NCBI GenBank assembly: GCA_028023455.1
Contig: JAQFVV010000009.1
Span: forward strand, 2,170,001-2,234,000
Source of the DNA: Epiperipatus broadwayi
Taxonomy: Eukaryota; Animalia; Onychophora
DNA length: 64,000 nt
Direction: 5' to 3'
This document shows, in pieces, positions 1-13,800 of this stretch. The position numbers and the translations under genes are program-made. Position 1 is the first letter of the stretch; every line of letters starts with the position of its first letter. Under the pieces are notes generated by a model. It made no database searches and was not told where the DNA came from. It was given only the letters and a program-made list of their open reading frames with translations.

Positions 1-1620
1 GCTTTTTTCCAAGTCCACTGTCACCCTCAAATCTCTGAAGTAGTGTATCAATTTTCACCTGAAATATATTTGGGCCTATTGATATGCTGAATGGCAATCT
101 ATTGCACTTAAATAACCCAAAAGGTGTTGTGATCATTAATATTTTGGCAGTTTTCTGTCACTGGGATCTGGTGAAAAGCTTAATTTAAATCAAGCTTTGC
201 AAAATATGATGCTTTTTGTAAACTCACCAGTAACTCTCTCACATTAAGTATCGGGTACACTCCCTTATTTAAAAACTTGTTCATGGTTACTCTATAGTTG
301 CCGCATATGCATGTTTCCATTGGGTTTTGTAACTACGACTATAGATGTATCCCAGTCAGCCATTTCTACCGGTGTCTATATGTCTTCATTGACCAATGAC
401 CACATTTTTTCTTCTACTTTTGTTCTTTGAGCAAATGGTATCTTTGCAGTTTTCAAATTGTGAGGTGTGCCTTGTCAACTAGTTCCACCTCTATCAGACT
501 TGTATCTATCATCCCTAACTCATTGGTAAATAGGTCTCGATATTTATTTTTTAATTTCTCTTTCAAGGGAAATTTTTTTTTATTACACTAACTTAAATTT
601 CAATTGCTTTAAACCAGTTCCTGCCTATTATAGGGCAGAATTTTCCTTATACTATGTATAACGGCAGTCTATTTATTTTATCACAACATCTAACCAGTGT
701 CAGTATTTTCTCGTAAGTTTAATGCATTGCTGCTTACATCATGAGCTTTTACATTAGTTTCTTTTAAAGTTTTAATCTAAATTCCACTGCTGATAGTGCT
801 CTTCAGTCTATGTCTGATATTATAGATATTCCCGAGCCACTATCTATTTCCATATTCATTTCCACAAATTTCCATTTCGATCATAAATTGTTGCTGCCCC
901 TCCATACATATTTTTAAAAGAAAATTATTATTGGGTTTACCTCGCCTATTCTTTTGACCCCACTCTTTCTCTTGATTTGAATCATTATTAGATTTTCTAT
1001 ATACGCATGTGATGTGTCTCTTATACTCATATTTAAAACATTTCTCTCCACTTTCACTCTTTTGCTTTATGGTTATTTTTTCCGCAGCAATAATATGCCA
1101 TTTTAGTTCCCTTTTTAATTTCTGGTTTGTGCACATTACTATATTTTCTCTGTTTTATAAATCTGCGTATTTATACTATTTTTAGTTTTATTTTTAACAA
1201 CTCAAGTTTGCTCACTTATTAGCTCGTAAGCTATTCCTTTTTGGATCATGCTGTGGTACTTGAAGTCAGTATCAGTTAATAATTGTTCTTGCAATCTATC
1301 ACTGTACATATTCCAGAGTAAATGATCAAGGAATATTTCTTCGATATAGATTCCATACCCGCAACCCTTAGCTAGCTCTTTAAGGGCCAAATTATAATCT
1401 TTTATTGATTCCCCATTACACTGTTTTCTATTCCTCATTTTTAAATGAGTTATGTGACAGGATGGGTGAGGATTAAAATTCTCTGTTAGTTTCTTAATTA
1501 ACTCCTCATATTCAATACTATCAGTGGTGGGGGAATCGTAAAACTTATTAACAATTTCTATAACTTTTTTTTCTGAGAAACACAAAAGTGTCTGCCACTT
1601 TTCTTTTATTTCCTTGAATA
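1..1620 (-). mobile_element. Ty3/Gypsy LTR retrotransposon gag-pol, degenerate, running off the left edge
   Basis: Minus strand: gag-like ORF 1202-1585 (YEELIKKLTENFNP...RKQCNGESIKDYNLALKELAKGCGY); decayed CCHC knuckle (CFKYEYKRHITC); protease motif MEIDSGSGISIISD at 853-812; RT N-terminus (SIVVVTKPNGNMHICGNYR...FAKLDL*AFHQIP...TTPFGLFKCNRLPF) in 1-400, with stops and frameshifts. Confidence 0.9.
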
Positions 1621-2949
1621 CCGTTCAACGTTCTCCACATCAAATTTATCTATGGGTCTTTGCCCAAATGACGACATTTAGACTGTTTACTATTACTATC
1701 CTTCACTAAATTAATTATTCTTCTAGTTATTCAAAATAACCGGTGCCAGGTTTTTACTAACCAGGTAGACTGATGAGGTTTGAATCAAACTGTGTGACTG
1801 CACCAGGTTTTGCTGTGTCTTGATCTTAACTTTATCTCATAGCAAGTGATTTCTAAAATTCCATTTCTCAAATAACTAAATAACCCCACTGTGGATCAAT
1901 TTTATAATTAATTTTAATACAAGACAATAATATTCTAATAATATATACATATATAGTTGCTATACATAGGTTCCTCATGATTAAAGTCCTATACATAGGT
2001 TCCTCATGATTAAAGTCCCTGCTTAATCGCATTATTAATGATTAATTAAATCACTATTTACCTAATTCTGGCAAATGTTCTTTAGTTCTGTGAGCCTGAT
2101 CGCTTGAGGTGCATATAAATTATAATAATATCAGGGCGATCGTTTAATCCCTAGTTGGCTTGATTACCTTCAGGAGCCAAGATCCTGGGTCTGGAAAAAA
2201 TCCCCACTATTCTTTCACTGCTTCACATAATATGTGCAACCTAGTTGCGAGAGTACATGAGGAATGGAGAAAAAGATCTTGCATTTTCCCCCCCTGCTTA
2301 AATAGTTTTCTGTGTCTTTTGTTTTCTGGAATAATCTAATTGTTCATCTGAATTCAGGTGGAAGGTTTTTTATATTATCTATTAGGTTTTATTAAACATT
2401 AGTTGTTTCTAGAATGCAATTGTCAGTTATTGACAATTGAATCTCTATGAAATCAGATTTTTATTTTAATTTTATTCGCATTATTCAATTAATGTTTTAA
2501 TTTATATCAGTTTTCTTATTTCACTATTTTTAGACAGTAGTTTTAGTAATGTAAATTTAAACGCACATTTTACTAATAATTAATAGATATTCCATGCAGA
2601 AAATATTATCTAGAACAAATAAATAATTGACTACTTGGCAGGTCATGTGACATTTAAGAACCAGAAGTGATAGAATGAGTTTTAATTCCAGGGAATCTGT
2701 AATTCTCAAATCTACTATTAAACTCTACAGAGAAATGTAATAAAAGTGAAATGGTTTTTGTGATTTCTTTTTGCTTAATATGTTTAGTAAAAGAGAAAAT
2801 GGTATATAAAACAATATTGGTTCTGAGTGCATATCCAGATAAATTAATATCAGATATCACTATCGACATATTGGATCCAATTTCTATTAGACTTGGGAGT
2901 TTTAGTGATATCACATGAATAACTATTTACAATAACTATGTAAAAATAC

Positions 2950-3450
2950 TAAATATTAAATCATAGTTTTCATATATCAAAATAAAGAATATAGCAAAAT
3001 TCTGATAGATTAGACTTGCAAGAGAAAATTTTTTTATGAAGAATATAGGATACATATTTTGTATGTTTATGTCACTTGGAAAACAAAGATTTTGCATCTT
3101 CACAATGTAACTTAGAAATTTTAGAATTAAAGATGATTAAATGGATTAGAATAATTTCAGGAAAGAAATAGAAAAATTCAGATGCAATCAGTAGTTTTGA
3201 ATACTGAATTGAAAGCGTAAAGAAAATCAACTTAATGTTTTTCCACATATTAAAAAGAAGAAAAAGAGAAAATATAATTAAAGCCTCAAAACGAAAAATT
3301 TGAAATAACTTGCATGAAATATTAAAATACATAAAGAGAGGATATAATTATTTAAGAAAATGAAATGAATTGTTGACATAAGCTGATTAAAATTTATAGA
3401 ATATTCCACAAATTAACATCATAAGAAGAGAAAAGAGATGAACAAAAACT
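2950..3450 (+). mobile_element. Degenerate RTE-type LINE 3' fragment
   Basis: Decayed C-terminal RTE-like peptides (RLARENF..., LELKMIKWIRII...) with many stops; recognised by eye only. Confidence 0.4.
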
Positions 3451-3639
3451 TTGTATCACTTTATTATTTTAAATGTGCATATTAAGGTGCTTAATTCAAT
3501 TACTAAAGGTGCTGCTATTAATAATATCGAGAGATATTGTAGTTTGCTTATGAAAAAACTTTCTCTTTGTGTACTTGCATATTTACATATGCCCATTTAT
3601 TAGTAGAACTATATTATTTAATTTCTATACAAACTAAAG

Positions 3640-3960
3640 TTTATTTGGATGCTGTTTGAAAGAATGCAATGAAAGTTATTTTTTGACACTCTTGTTTCAG
3701 CAAGCTATCAATAAAAAGAATTTTTGGGGATCCTACACTCAACATAGGTAGCAGTCCACCATATTGCTAACAAGTAATCTTCCCAAGGCTGATTTATCAT
3801 GTTCAGATTATGTTTATTTAAACTTTGCAATAAGCTTACTAATATCTGTGATGTTAACTCATGGTTTGGGTTCATCCGATTACATTTTGCAATAGTTTTT
3901 CATTGACTTTTATGAATAAAATTATTGGTTTTCATTTTTTCTTGCTCAAATATTCCATGA
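3640..3960 (-). mobile_element. Possible hAT-like transposase remnant
   Basis: Minus frames give ...ILVSLLQSLNKHNLNM... and SNMV, loosely like the hAT DGASNM region; weak. Confidence 0.25.
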
Positions 3961-4509
3961 TCTGTAAAATTATAAACAACCACTTAATCTTTCCTTTAAA
4001 GATCAACCAGTATAAGAAGGTTTAAGTTCCATAGCAATTTTATATAGAGAACATGACAAATTAACATGCATATTTTAATAACCTTCTGAAAATAAAAAAG
4101 AGTTTGTGAGTATTTTTATAAATATATGTATGGAAATAATTTAATAATATATATTTATATTTGGCAAAAGGACTTAAAAAGGGCATCATAAGTTAGAATC
4201 AATGAATATGTAAATATAATCTTAATTCAACTTTTAGAATTTTCTCCATCACCTTTCAGGTTTATATTACTGGTGCTTTAAAACAATAATATAAAAACAT
4301 TAAAAGTTAAATTGTAATAATATGATTATCACTGAAAAATATATTTAAGAGATATCTAAAAGATTTCTTTTAATGTGTATTTTGGCCAATTATGTGGTCA
4401 ATTCTATAATAGTGTTATTGTTGAGATGCTTTAGAACAAGATAGATTTATAAAGAAATGAGTATTTTAACTTTTTAATTTTGACAAATATCTTTATTCTT
4501 TTTCTTAAG

Positions 4510-4583
4510 GATTCAGAATGCTGTTGCTCACCGACCAGTGTTTGAACTTGTCTGCTTACATGCCTTTTCTGCTCCATTACCAG
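4510..4583 (+). CDS. Internal exon of a cAMP-receptor-like 7TM GPCR (ECL3 to TM7): (R)IQNAVAHRPVFELVCLHAFSAPLP
   Basis: tttttcttaAG acceptor and G|GTATCA donor; 74 nt, phase 2 to phase 1; GC-rich relative to flanks; joins in frame with the 14536 exon to give ...HAFSAPLPGALNAIVFG, resembling TM7 of CrlA/Dicty_CAR-type receptors. Confidence 0.85.
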
Positions 4584-4901
4584 GTATCATATTTGTCAAT
4601 CATTTAAATTTATTTTATTAATTTATTATTTTTGTAAGTTATCAATTTGTTTTATCACAATTACTTGCCAAAAGACTGTTGTCATATCTCAATCAAAATA
4701 TTTTTTCCATAAATTTTTGTCTACTGCCCCCCTCCCCCCAACTTTGAAATTTCATCTTTAAGATCATCTAACAATTTATTTATTTTATCACTTTTACTAC
4801 CATTTGTTTAAAAGTGCTTTTTAAATATAACTTCATAACTTAAATAAAAAAATGAAGTCAGATATCACATGACCTAATTTAATAAGCTTGTATTTACAAA
4901 T

Positions 4902-5587
4902 GTTATATATAGAACTCTCAAAATAAGCTCTTAACAAGCTTTGAGAATATCCCCAACCCCAGGCTGGTTTCTGCTACTGGCATCGTAAGTGAGGTGCTAG
5001 GATATTCAAGCATTATATTAAAAATACCAGGACAAACCCAGCACTTTATCTAATGTATAACTATTAAGTAGAAAATGTGAAATTTTCAGATATCCATATG
5101 TTTTCCAATCCAGCTATCTAACTTAAATAGCCATATGGGACTGAACTAAGTTCAGATACACCATATATTAATAGCTTTAGTAATATAAAATCATCAAAGC
5201 CTTAATAGCAAAAAATAAAATTCCAAAAAAATCAAGTCATATGTCACATGAACTAATTTAATAAGTTTATATTTTTTTATAATTTTATTTTTTGCTATTA
5301 AAGCTTTGATGATTTTATATTGCTAAAGCAATTAATAAATGGTGTATCTGAACTTAGTTCAGTCCCATATGGCTATTTAAGTATCTGAAGATATAGGGAT
5401 GTCTGAAAATTTCAGATGTTCTACTTAATTAACTATTAGATAAAGTGCTGGGCTTGACTGGATATTTTAAATCTAATTCTTGAATATCCTAGCATGCCAC
5501 TGAGGAAGCCAGATGCAGAAACAGATCTGGCGTTGGAAATATTCTCAAAGCTTGTTAAGAGCTTATCTTGTGAGCTCTATATATAAC
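4902..5587. repeat. Long inverted repeat (arms ~4902-5230 and ~5272-5587), hammerhead-bearing family A
   Basis: Arms are recognisable reverse complements, e.g. gccatatgggactgaactaagttcagatacacc versus ggtgtatctgaacttagttcagtcccatatggc; decayed CUGANGA...GAAA motif at ~5496-5530 (+) and ~4950-4990 (-). Confidence 0.85.
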
Positions 5588-5619
5588 TCTACTTTTAAGT
5601 ATTTTGTCAATAATATTCT

Positions 5620-6880
5620 GTTATCTATTATTTTCAATACTTCTTATTAATAATCATATCTTTTCAAATTGTATTTCCATTTTTCTGAAAACTTACACAG
5701 TCTCCAGGCTTTTCTCCCTTTTTATTTATTCAAGTTTCTGCTCCATATAAATGATACTGCTATCAAAACATTTAATAAGCTATTTCTGAGATCTAACTCT
5801 TATGAATTGTTAGCAACTTTTTACTCTTATAAATAATGTGTTTAAATGCTGCAATTCTCTTTTTTATTTTAGTATTCTTTTTTATTATCATTAATTAATC
5901 AATTTATCATATATTTAAAAGAACCTATATTATAATTTCTTGCTCAATTAGGATTCTTAAATCTTTTATCTTTTCTATGTACTCTAATTAATGTTAATGT
6001 TTTCATTCCAGCACGATTTTAACGCCATCTAGTACCAGGTTTAACTACTATCAGTTGAAAACATGTCCTAATTCTTAGTTAGAAACACAGAATAAACAAT
6101 GGCAACAAAAAAATCTTCAAATCTTCATTAACATCTCAGCTTGTTTAAATTGTATTCTTCCTGTCATCATTGTTTACTCTACATATTTGTTATGAACTTA
6201 GATATCACATGAAAATCAAATTCATTTTTTTATCTGCTTATAATTGAACTTTTAAATACCAGTTGGCATGAAAACTTATGCTGGATTGTAAACATTAAGT
6301 GTTTTGCCAAGTTTTAGTTACATTTATTTTTATTCCAATTTTTTTACAAACTTCATCAAATTTATTTAATATTTAATTTTTTGGAATCTCCTTGCACAGC
6401 CATATCATTAGTATTTGTATTACAATGGACTTCTTCCAATATTAATGCCGTCCTTATCTAAACAAAATCCATTCGATAATTCATCTAAATAAATATTAAG
6501 CAAAGCATTTCTTTTACACCTTTTTTTATATTTTGTATTTTTAACGCCATTAAATCTTAAAAGTGTCTTGTGTCTCACATATACTCAGTTCATAATTATT
6601 ATCTCTCCTACAAATCTAAACATTTTCTTTTCAAAATATTCTTCTAAACAGCAAAATTTATTCCATTAAATGCTTTTTCAAGTTCAAAATGAAATAAATA
6701 TTAGCTTTCTTATATACATATTTTCTAACAATGACAAGAATTCTTTTTTAAATTCAAACAGCTTTTCATACATAAACTTATCTAATATATTTTAAATATG
6801 TTCTGTTCAAGACTTTGAGAAACATTTTAGCTTTATGACTTATTAAATCTATTTGTAATTATATGTTTAACTGTTTCTAT
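5620..6880 (-). mobile_element. Degenerate RTE-type LINE reverse transcriptase fragment
   Basis: Minus-strand remnants KKGVK..., IYLDELS and LYGAET* (RTE LYGAETW motif); many stops. Confidence 0.55.
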
Positions 6881-7647
6881 TATCTAGTTTAATTGTTAAA
6901 TATCTTATAAAAAATTCACACTTTATTTATAGTTTTTTAAGCACATTAAGCTGTTAGTAATACCGGTTAGTATATGACACAATATATATTTTTCTCTTAT
7001 TCAGGTGCAATCATACTGAATTTAGGATGATAATCTAATCAACTAGGCTATTCTGTTGAAAGCTAGATAGTTTGGATGACACTTTAAATTCAGTATTCAT
7101 AAATCTAAAGGTCACTTATTTGATTATCATGCTATAAACTGGTCAAATGAAAAATATCTATAGAAGAGATAAGAATAATATCATCTGAAATGGTTGTGTT
7201 ATTACTGTCAGATTAATTTATTTGAAAAAATGTAAATAATTTGAATTTTTGTAAAAATATTTAAAAATTAAACTATATGATGAAAATAGTCCAGCATAAT
7301 TACAATTAAAATATCCTCTTCTCACATATTAAATCTACTGTTTAATAAGTCTCATTTTACTCCGTTAATCATTTTTATTATTGGAATCATAACTGATGAA
7401 AGAAAATTTATTAACATTTTTCTGAAAATTACAAAATCAATTAATTTTCTCAAATTCTTTTACTAATAGCTTTCAAAATTTCAACTGGAATTTCCTAAAC
7501 TCTTCACACATTGCATTCTTCTTCTTAGTTATAACTTTATTGCATATTACATTTCATCTTTATCTATATGATGTAGTTGACTGCCTGTATTTTTTATATT
7601 CAAATCACTTATACATTCATCCAAGAGCAGTTATTTTCACCTTACTT

Positions 7648-7938
7648 TAGAGCCATCTGCTGTTAGTTTGAGTAATGAATGGATATCAGATGGCATAGTA
7701 TTATAAAATCTCTATTTCCAAACCAACTTTTAACTTTTTCTTTTATTAGTGAAGACTATTGTTAGAACTACTGTCTGTTGGCCAATAATTAATCAAATTT
7801 ACAGATGATAGTTCTAGTTTTGAATCCTAGTCTTTACTGATGAAGGGAAAAGCCATAAACTGTTCTGGAAATGGGGATTTTATAGCACTAAACCATCTAA
7901 TGTGCATTGATTAATCAAGCATATAGCAGATAGCTCTA
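7648..7938. repeat. Old inverted repeat (7648-7723 / 7862-7938) with decayed family A hammerhead at ~7834-7870
   Basis: Arms roughly 75% complementary by eye; ctgatgaagggaaaagccataaactgttctgg aligns with ctgatgaaggccacaagccagaaactagtctgg at 12331. Confidence 0.65.
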
Positions 7939-10151
7939 GATTATGGTCAAGATAAACTGCTGATGGAAGAATAGAATCAGCATATGAGAAAATTATGTAG
8001 CACTGTCAATATATTATAACAGGTTATACTCTTTCCCATTTGTACTTGGTTGGGTTTATGCTATCTTTATGAAATATATTACTTATCACTAATGAGATTT
8101 AATCATGAACGAAACTTTTAATCGACTGGGATGGACTTAGACCTGGAGGCAAGTTATTCTAAAACTTCATTTCCCAAAGAACAAAAAATAAACATAATTA
8201 TACATATCTATAGATACTCGGTATTAGTTTCTTACAATTACTAATTAATATTTTCTGAACAGTATATTTATGGACATTGGTGTTTTTCAATTCCAAGCGC
8301 TAATGCTATGCTTTCAATTCCAAGCGCTAATGCTATGCTTTATGTAAGAATTATACTGATAGTTTTAATAAGAGTAATGATAGTATGTTAATGAAAGCCC
8401 GGCCACTAGCTAGCTCACTCAGGGCAGTTAGTACTTAAACTGATGGAGACATGTTAATACAGAGTAATTCACACTAAACTATTTTAAAAAAATGTACATA
8501 TGTTTTGACTAAATGAATAATTATAAAATTAAGAAACAAAATAATGGTGCTCATTTGTTTAATAAAAATATAAACATATACATATCTTTAACAATTAGAA
8601 ATTAATATTTAATACAGAGTTTAAATATTTTATCTTTAGTATTGTTTACATGACTTAAATATTAAAAAATTACAACTTGTAAATATAAGATTTATAATTC
8701 ATATGATTATAAATTTGAAAGAACATATATATTATCTTTAGTCCCCGGGGAAATTAGATCATTCATATATACACAGAAAGTAAGCTTACTTGGTAAATAC
8801 TATGGCCATAAAAATTGTCCAAAAGAATGTCTTTCCTTTTAAAACTTCCGATGAAATGATGATGAATCATTAAGATTTGATGAGATGAATATGTATGGAT
8901 GCAGATTTTAGCTTTGAACAATGACAAAATCATATAGCATCTTTTGTTTCCTTCGTGGAGCGGTGGGTTAAAAGCCCAGCATGTTTAGGATTTTACCCAA
9001 CATACTCATGTTAGCTGGCATATATTTTTCTTCCAATATCATAAGTCAGTTACTTCGAATATTAATTAATACACAGCAGTTAAAAGATAATCATAATAAT
9101 CCGGTCTCTTGATTTTTCTATTTATATTTTCTTTTTTTTTCTAGAAAGTTCTATCTATTTTTTTCTGATGCAATACTTCCCATAACTCCTCAAAATGTTT
9201 GATATTTTTATAATTATCCTGTGTGATCTCCTTAGTTCAGGACACATCTGTCTCTTTTGTTTTCTTATTTCTTTTTACAAAAGAAAACCTTTTAGCAAGC
9301 TTTTTATCTTAATATTTCATTAGAAACTTTTAAAAATAACTTTACACAATACATATGGTAAAAGCAGTCCATAGGTAACATTTGTTTCATTTTCCATCAT
9401 TTACATGATTTATTTTTATTAAATGAAACAAAATTATAGACAAGAAAAAAAATATACATTATACGCTTTTTCAGAAAATTCTTTTTATATATTTTATTAT
9501 ATAATAACATATATATATACTCCACTAAAACAAATGAGCACAAAAATACCCCTTAAGCCTATCTTGGCTAATTTATTCAGTCATTTTGACTCAATCAAAT
9601 ATATACATTTGATTACCCATCTACATATATATGTGGCTATCTAGAGTTCTTTTAACTTGTAACAGGGTTCAAACCTGGTTCCTGTTACAATATATTTTAT
9701 TTTTAACATTTTCTTCACTAAGTTACTATTTTCTTTTTCTCATACAGCTAAATTTTCTTGTTCCACTATTTTACTAAATGAAATCTATACTTTTTATGCA
9801 ATTTCTCTATCTCATTACATTTACTTTCTAATAATTTTTTTCTAAGCTCTATCATTTTCATGTCTCACTGTATTAATTTTTCTATATTATATCTAATTTT
9901 TTTTCCATATTTATAGCTTACTATTTTACTGATTTTCTAATACTTTTTTTTTAACTTTTTTCTTTTTTTGTAATCTATCTGTTGAACTTTTTTTTTTTTA
10001 ATTTCATAAATAATTCCTATCACTCATCTGAATTTATCATTTAGTCTTTGTTTTTTATATTGTAAAATTTTATAAATTATAAAATTTATTAATGGCCTAT
10101 TTATTTGTTAAAGAATCTTTATTAATAAGGAAACACTATATTAGTGCTCTT

Positions 10152-10255
10152 CTTAGTACAGTGGTAGAAGAATCAGCTCTGGAGATGGGGTCCTGGGTCA
10201 CAATTCCAGCTCTATATTTTCTGATGCTTGAATTTATTCCTCAGCAGCAAACTAT
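10152..10255 (+). mobile_element. tRNA-derived SINE; related copies at ~20585-20655 (-), ~22635-22720 (-), ~57385-57472 (-)
   Basis: A-box-like TAGTACAGTGGTAG, B-box-like GGTCACAATTCC; shared core (agctggaattgtga...ctccaga...ttctaccactg) across copies. Confidence 0.6.
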
Positions 10256-11888
10256 TTGTTTTATTTCATTGTAGTTAGTAAAAATTAGAAGAAACTGAAC
10301 ATGTTCATTATAAGACAATTATTGATTAGAATATTTTCTTTTTTCTCCCATTGGAAAATTCAATACTAATGAATCTAAATTATGACATTATTTCAGAAAA
10401 AATTATTTTATTTCAAAAATCTAAAAATATTAATTGAATTGCTATTATGTTATCAAGAATTGTAGCAGCTGATATCTTTCAAACAGTTAGTGGACTTATA
10501 GATAATAACTAATCATAATATTGAAAAATCTTTATATTGGAATTTTGCCTCTGCTGTCTAATGTCTTCAAATTATGATTTCTAATAATATTTTTAATCTT
10601 AATTTTACAAAGAGGGGTTTTCTTAGGCAATAATAATAATTGACTGGTTTGTTGCTTTGAAATTCATAAGAAGTTTGAACTTCAGAAGTAACAAACCTGA
10701 AGCCACTATTCTACTATTACATTAATCGACATTGAATTGTTAAGCAATGGAGCATAATAGACTTTCTAGCCATGTTTTTTTTTTTTTTTGGTATTGAGAA
10801 ATTTATAAAGCTTATTATTTGTGACATAATAATTAGGGTTTTCCACTTTGATAAGAATTAAATATAGATATTTGCTATAACTAGACGAATCCCTAAAAAA
10901 TATTACTGTAACAAAGTCAGCAGTGCAAAATATTTTTAACTATTTTATTATGATTCCAACCATATAGATCCTTAATTATTTTATATCAATCTTTTACAAA
11001 CAATTTTTAATGAAGAAAAGCCTTCAATAGCAAACTTGATATACAAAACTTTGTATGTGTAAACAATTTAGTACTTAACTAAATATATTATATTGATTAA
11101 ATGAGTTCATTATTCATTTATATGAGGGTAAGATATTTGATAGCATTGCACATGAATCCAATCACATTTGTTCATAAGTTTAATCTAAGACTTTTATCTT
11201 ATATGGTAATTGAGGATAGAAATGAAACTGAGAAGATTGCATTTAACCCTAAAAATTTCTGAGATCTGTCTTAAAAAATTTCCATGTTTTTTTTTTTTTT
11301 TTTTACGATAAAGGCTTGATGTAATATGATAGGCTCTCATGATGAATTTATCAGTGCACCAATTTTTCATGTCTATAACCTGAGTTCAAATCTGAGTGAA
11401 TTTGAAATTTTGTTTAGGGATTTAAGATTTTATAAATAAGCCTATGATTTTTTTCTTTGTATGGTCAATTTGTAGCCATCTTAGCTAGTCATCCAGATTA
11501 GGTGGTAAATGGATTTTTTAGTTTGAGAATAAAGATTATCTAATAATATGCTTTAATCCTTATGATTGTCAGTTCATTGGTTTAAATAATATTATAGTCT
11601 TTATTTATGCATTCCTTGAAGTGTATTTCTGGTAACTTTTATGATGTTCCCACTGATAGATCATTGCTTTCAAAGTTATCACTATCATTCAGGAACAGAT
11701 TCTATTTCTAAAAATTAAATTTTAATTTTTTCACAGTACAAGTTCAGAAAAAAAAATTAAAATCTTATTTATAGTGACATGGGAATTTTTTTCTTAGATT
11801 AATATAATATTACCCAGGTTTATTGTTTTATAATATTTTTACAGAAACTATTTTTAAAATCAGACTATTATAACAAGTATTACTATTC

Positions 11889-12480
11889 ACATGATCACCG
11901 TTTTCTATATGCTTTCTCATAACTGTTATTAAACAGACGAACCTCTCCATACAGTAGTGCCACTCAGTGCAAGCCAGAGTAATCAATGGATGCCAGAAGA
12001 CTTGTGCATAAAATTCCTATCTAGTGCCTACTCATCCAATATCCCCAGACTAGTTTCTGGCTTTTTTTTTTTGGTTTAATAACAATCCTGCCTAATAGGA
12101 TAGTGGTGACTATGGTTGTTAAAGAGCCAAAGACACCAAAATGTATGGGTGCTGAACTGAGTTCAGGCCCATATGACTATATAAGCTAATGAGCTTAGAT
12201 TGAAAATATTTTTGTGTTTTCAATTTGATTCTCATGGTTTTGTAGTTAAGTAGAGATAAAAGGTGGCTGCTGGAGGGTTGCATTAGATCCTAAGATCTAA
12301 GTGCAGTGCTCTCAGATCCAAGGCTCCTCACTGATGAAGGCCACAAGCCAGAAACTAGTCTGGGGATACTGGATGAGTAGGCACTAGATAGGAATTTTAT
12401 GCACAAGCCTTCTGGCATCCATTGATTACTCTGGCTTGCACTGAGTGGCACTACTGTATGGAGAGGTTTGCCTGTTTAAT
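11889..12480. mobile_element. Fold-back hammerhead retroposon, family A (arms 11928-12063 / 12345-12480, 11-bp TSD)
   Basis: 136-bp arms with 4 mismatches; tattactattc direct repeat at 11878-11888 and 12481-12491; left arm extends ~39 nt beyond the right arm. Confidence 0.8.
12326..12365 (+). ncRNA. Minimal type I hammerhead ribozyme motif
   Basis: CCUCA CUGAUGA A-GGC-CACAA-GCC-A GAAA CUA GUC UGGGG: stem I CCUCA/UGGGG, intact core, GUC cleavage triplet, palindromic stem III ACUAGU; A.A apposition at the base of stem II. Confidence 0.75.
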
Positions 12481-13149
12481 TATTACTATTCTTAGAGACC
12501 ATAATCTTTTTGGTTTATTTATTTATTTTTTTCATACTGATTGCACAATCCATTTTCATAACTGCTATTATTCACTATTTATATTAAAAAACTAAGGAAC
12601 AATTTTATTTCTGATTATTATTATTAAATCTTCCAAATGTCTGTATGTAGAGCTCATTAAAAATCACGGATAGTTAAATTTTATTTTCAATTCCTAATTT
12701 TCTTCATATCAAAAATTTTAAATCTTCATCTTAAATTGACTCAAATTTATTTTTCCGGAATTTAAATCACCTTGTTTCCTACACAAAAAGTGTTAGCAAG
12801 AGCCTATTGTTTTTGTTTATGTGATAATAAGGATTTATATTATTATAGAGATACACCAGTACTGAAGTGAGAATTCAACTTTCATTGTATTATTTTTTAA
12901 TTTTATCAAGTTTTTTTTTTTTATTATTCAATATCTTAGCTTCTTTCATATTTTTCAAACTTCTTTTTTTTACAGTATTTAATTTTATGTTATAACACTT
13001 TGATTCATTGATTATTAACTCATTCTGTTGCTATGTTTCTCCCTATCTCCTAAATGAAGATTTATAAAAATAAAAAAAGTTTACTTTTGATCTTAATATA
13101 TATATATTTATATACATACTTAAATATACTTTTATTTCTGTATTTTGAG

Positions 13150-13800
13150 ATAATTCTATTCTCTTATGGATTCATTGATCACTAGATTGTCTTTTCTGAA
13201 TTTTTGAAATAGGTAATATACAAGAAAGATTAATTGTCATGGCCTATCATCATGTTAAAACTAATTGATTATAGTACTTCAAATAAAATTGATTTCTTTT
13301 CAAAATAAAAAGCGTTTTGAAATCTATCATTACTCTTATTTGCATCTAAGCTTGCACTTATGAATTGGATATCTGCTTAAACTCTCAATCACTCAATAAT
13401 AAATCAGTCCTCTTCCATATTTAGAGTAATAATATTATTGATGATGGTGACAAACTAGAAATGATAAAGAAAATAAAATGTGATCAGTCTAGAAATGTTT
13501 TAATGGTTGGGATGTCAATATTTCATGTAAAATATTCAAACATAAACTTCATAAATGGGATGCTCATGTTTTTTATGTGTATTCAATAATTTAATCTTTT
13601 ATTTATTTCCATCTTTTTAAATTGTTTTCTAAATAATGGAAAAATTAAAATGATACTATTTTCAGCCTCCTAATGATGGCATTATTTGAAAAATGTAATA
13701 TAAAATTAATCATTCTCCAAGTGCTTCTACTAGATGGAATGATTTATGAAATGGATTCTTTTTACAAGCTTCATGAAGTACTATTTACAATCTTATGTTA
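13150..13800 (+). mobile_element. Possible pogo/Tigger (DDE_1) transposase remnant
   Basis: TIFQPPNDGII*KM*YK resembles the QPxDxGII motif; heavily decayed. Confidence 0.3.

Noticed and set aside
1770-1800. CTGATGA followed by ggtttgaatcaaac
   Set aside because: No GAAA in register and no convincing stems I or III.
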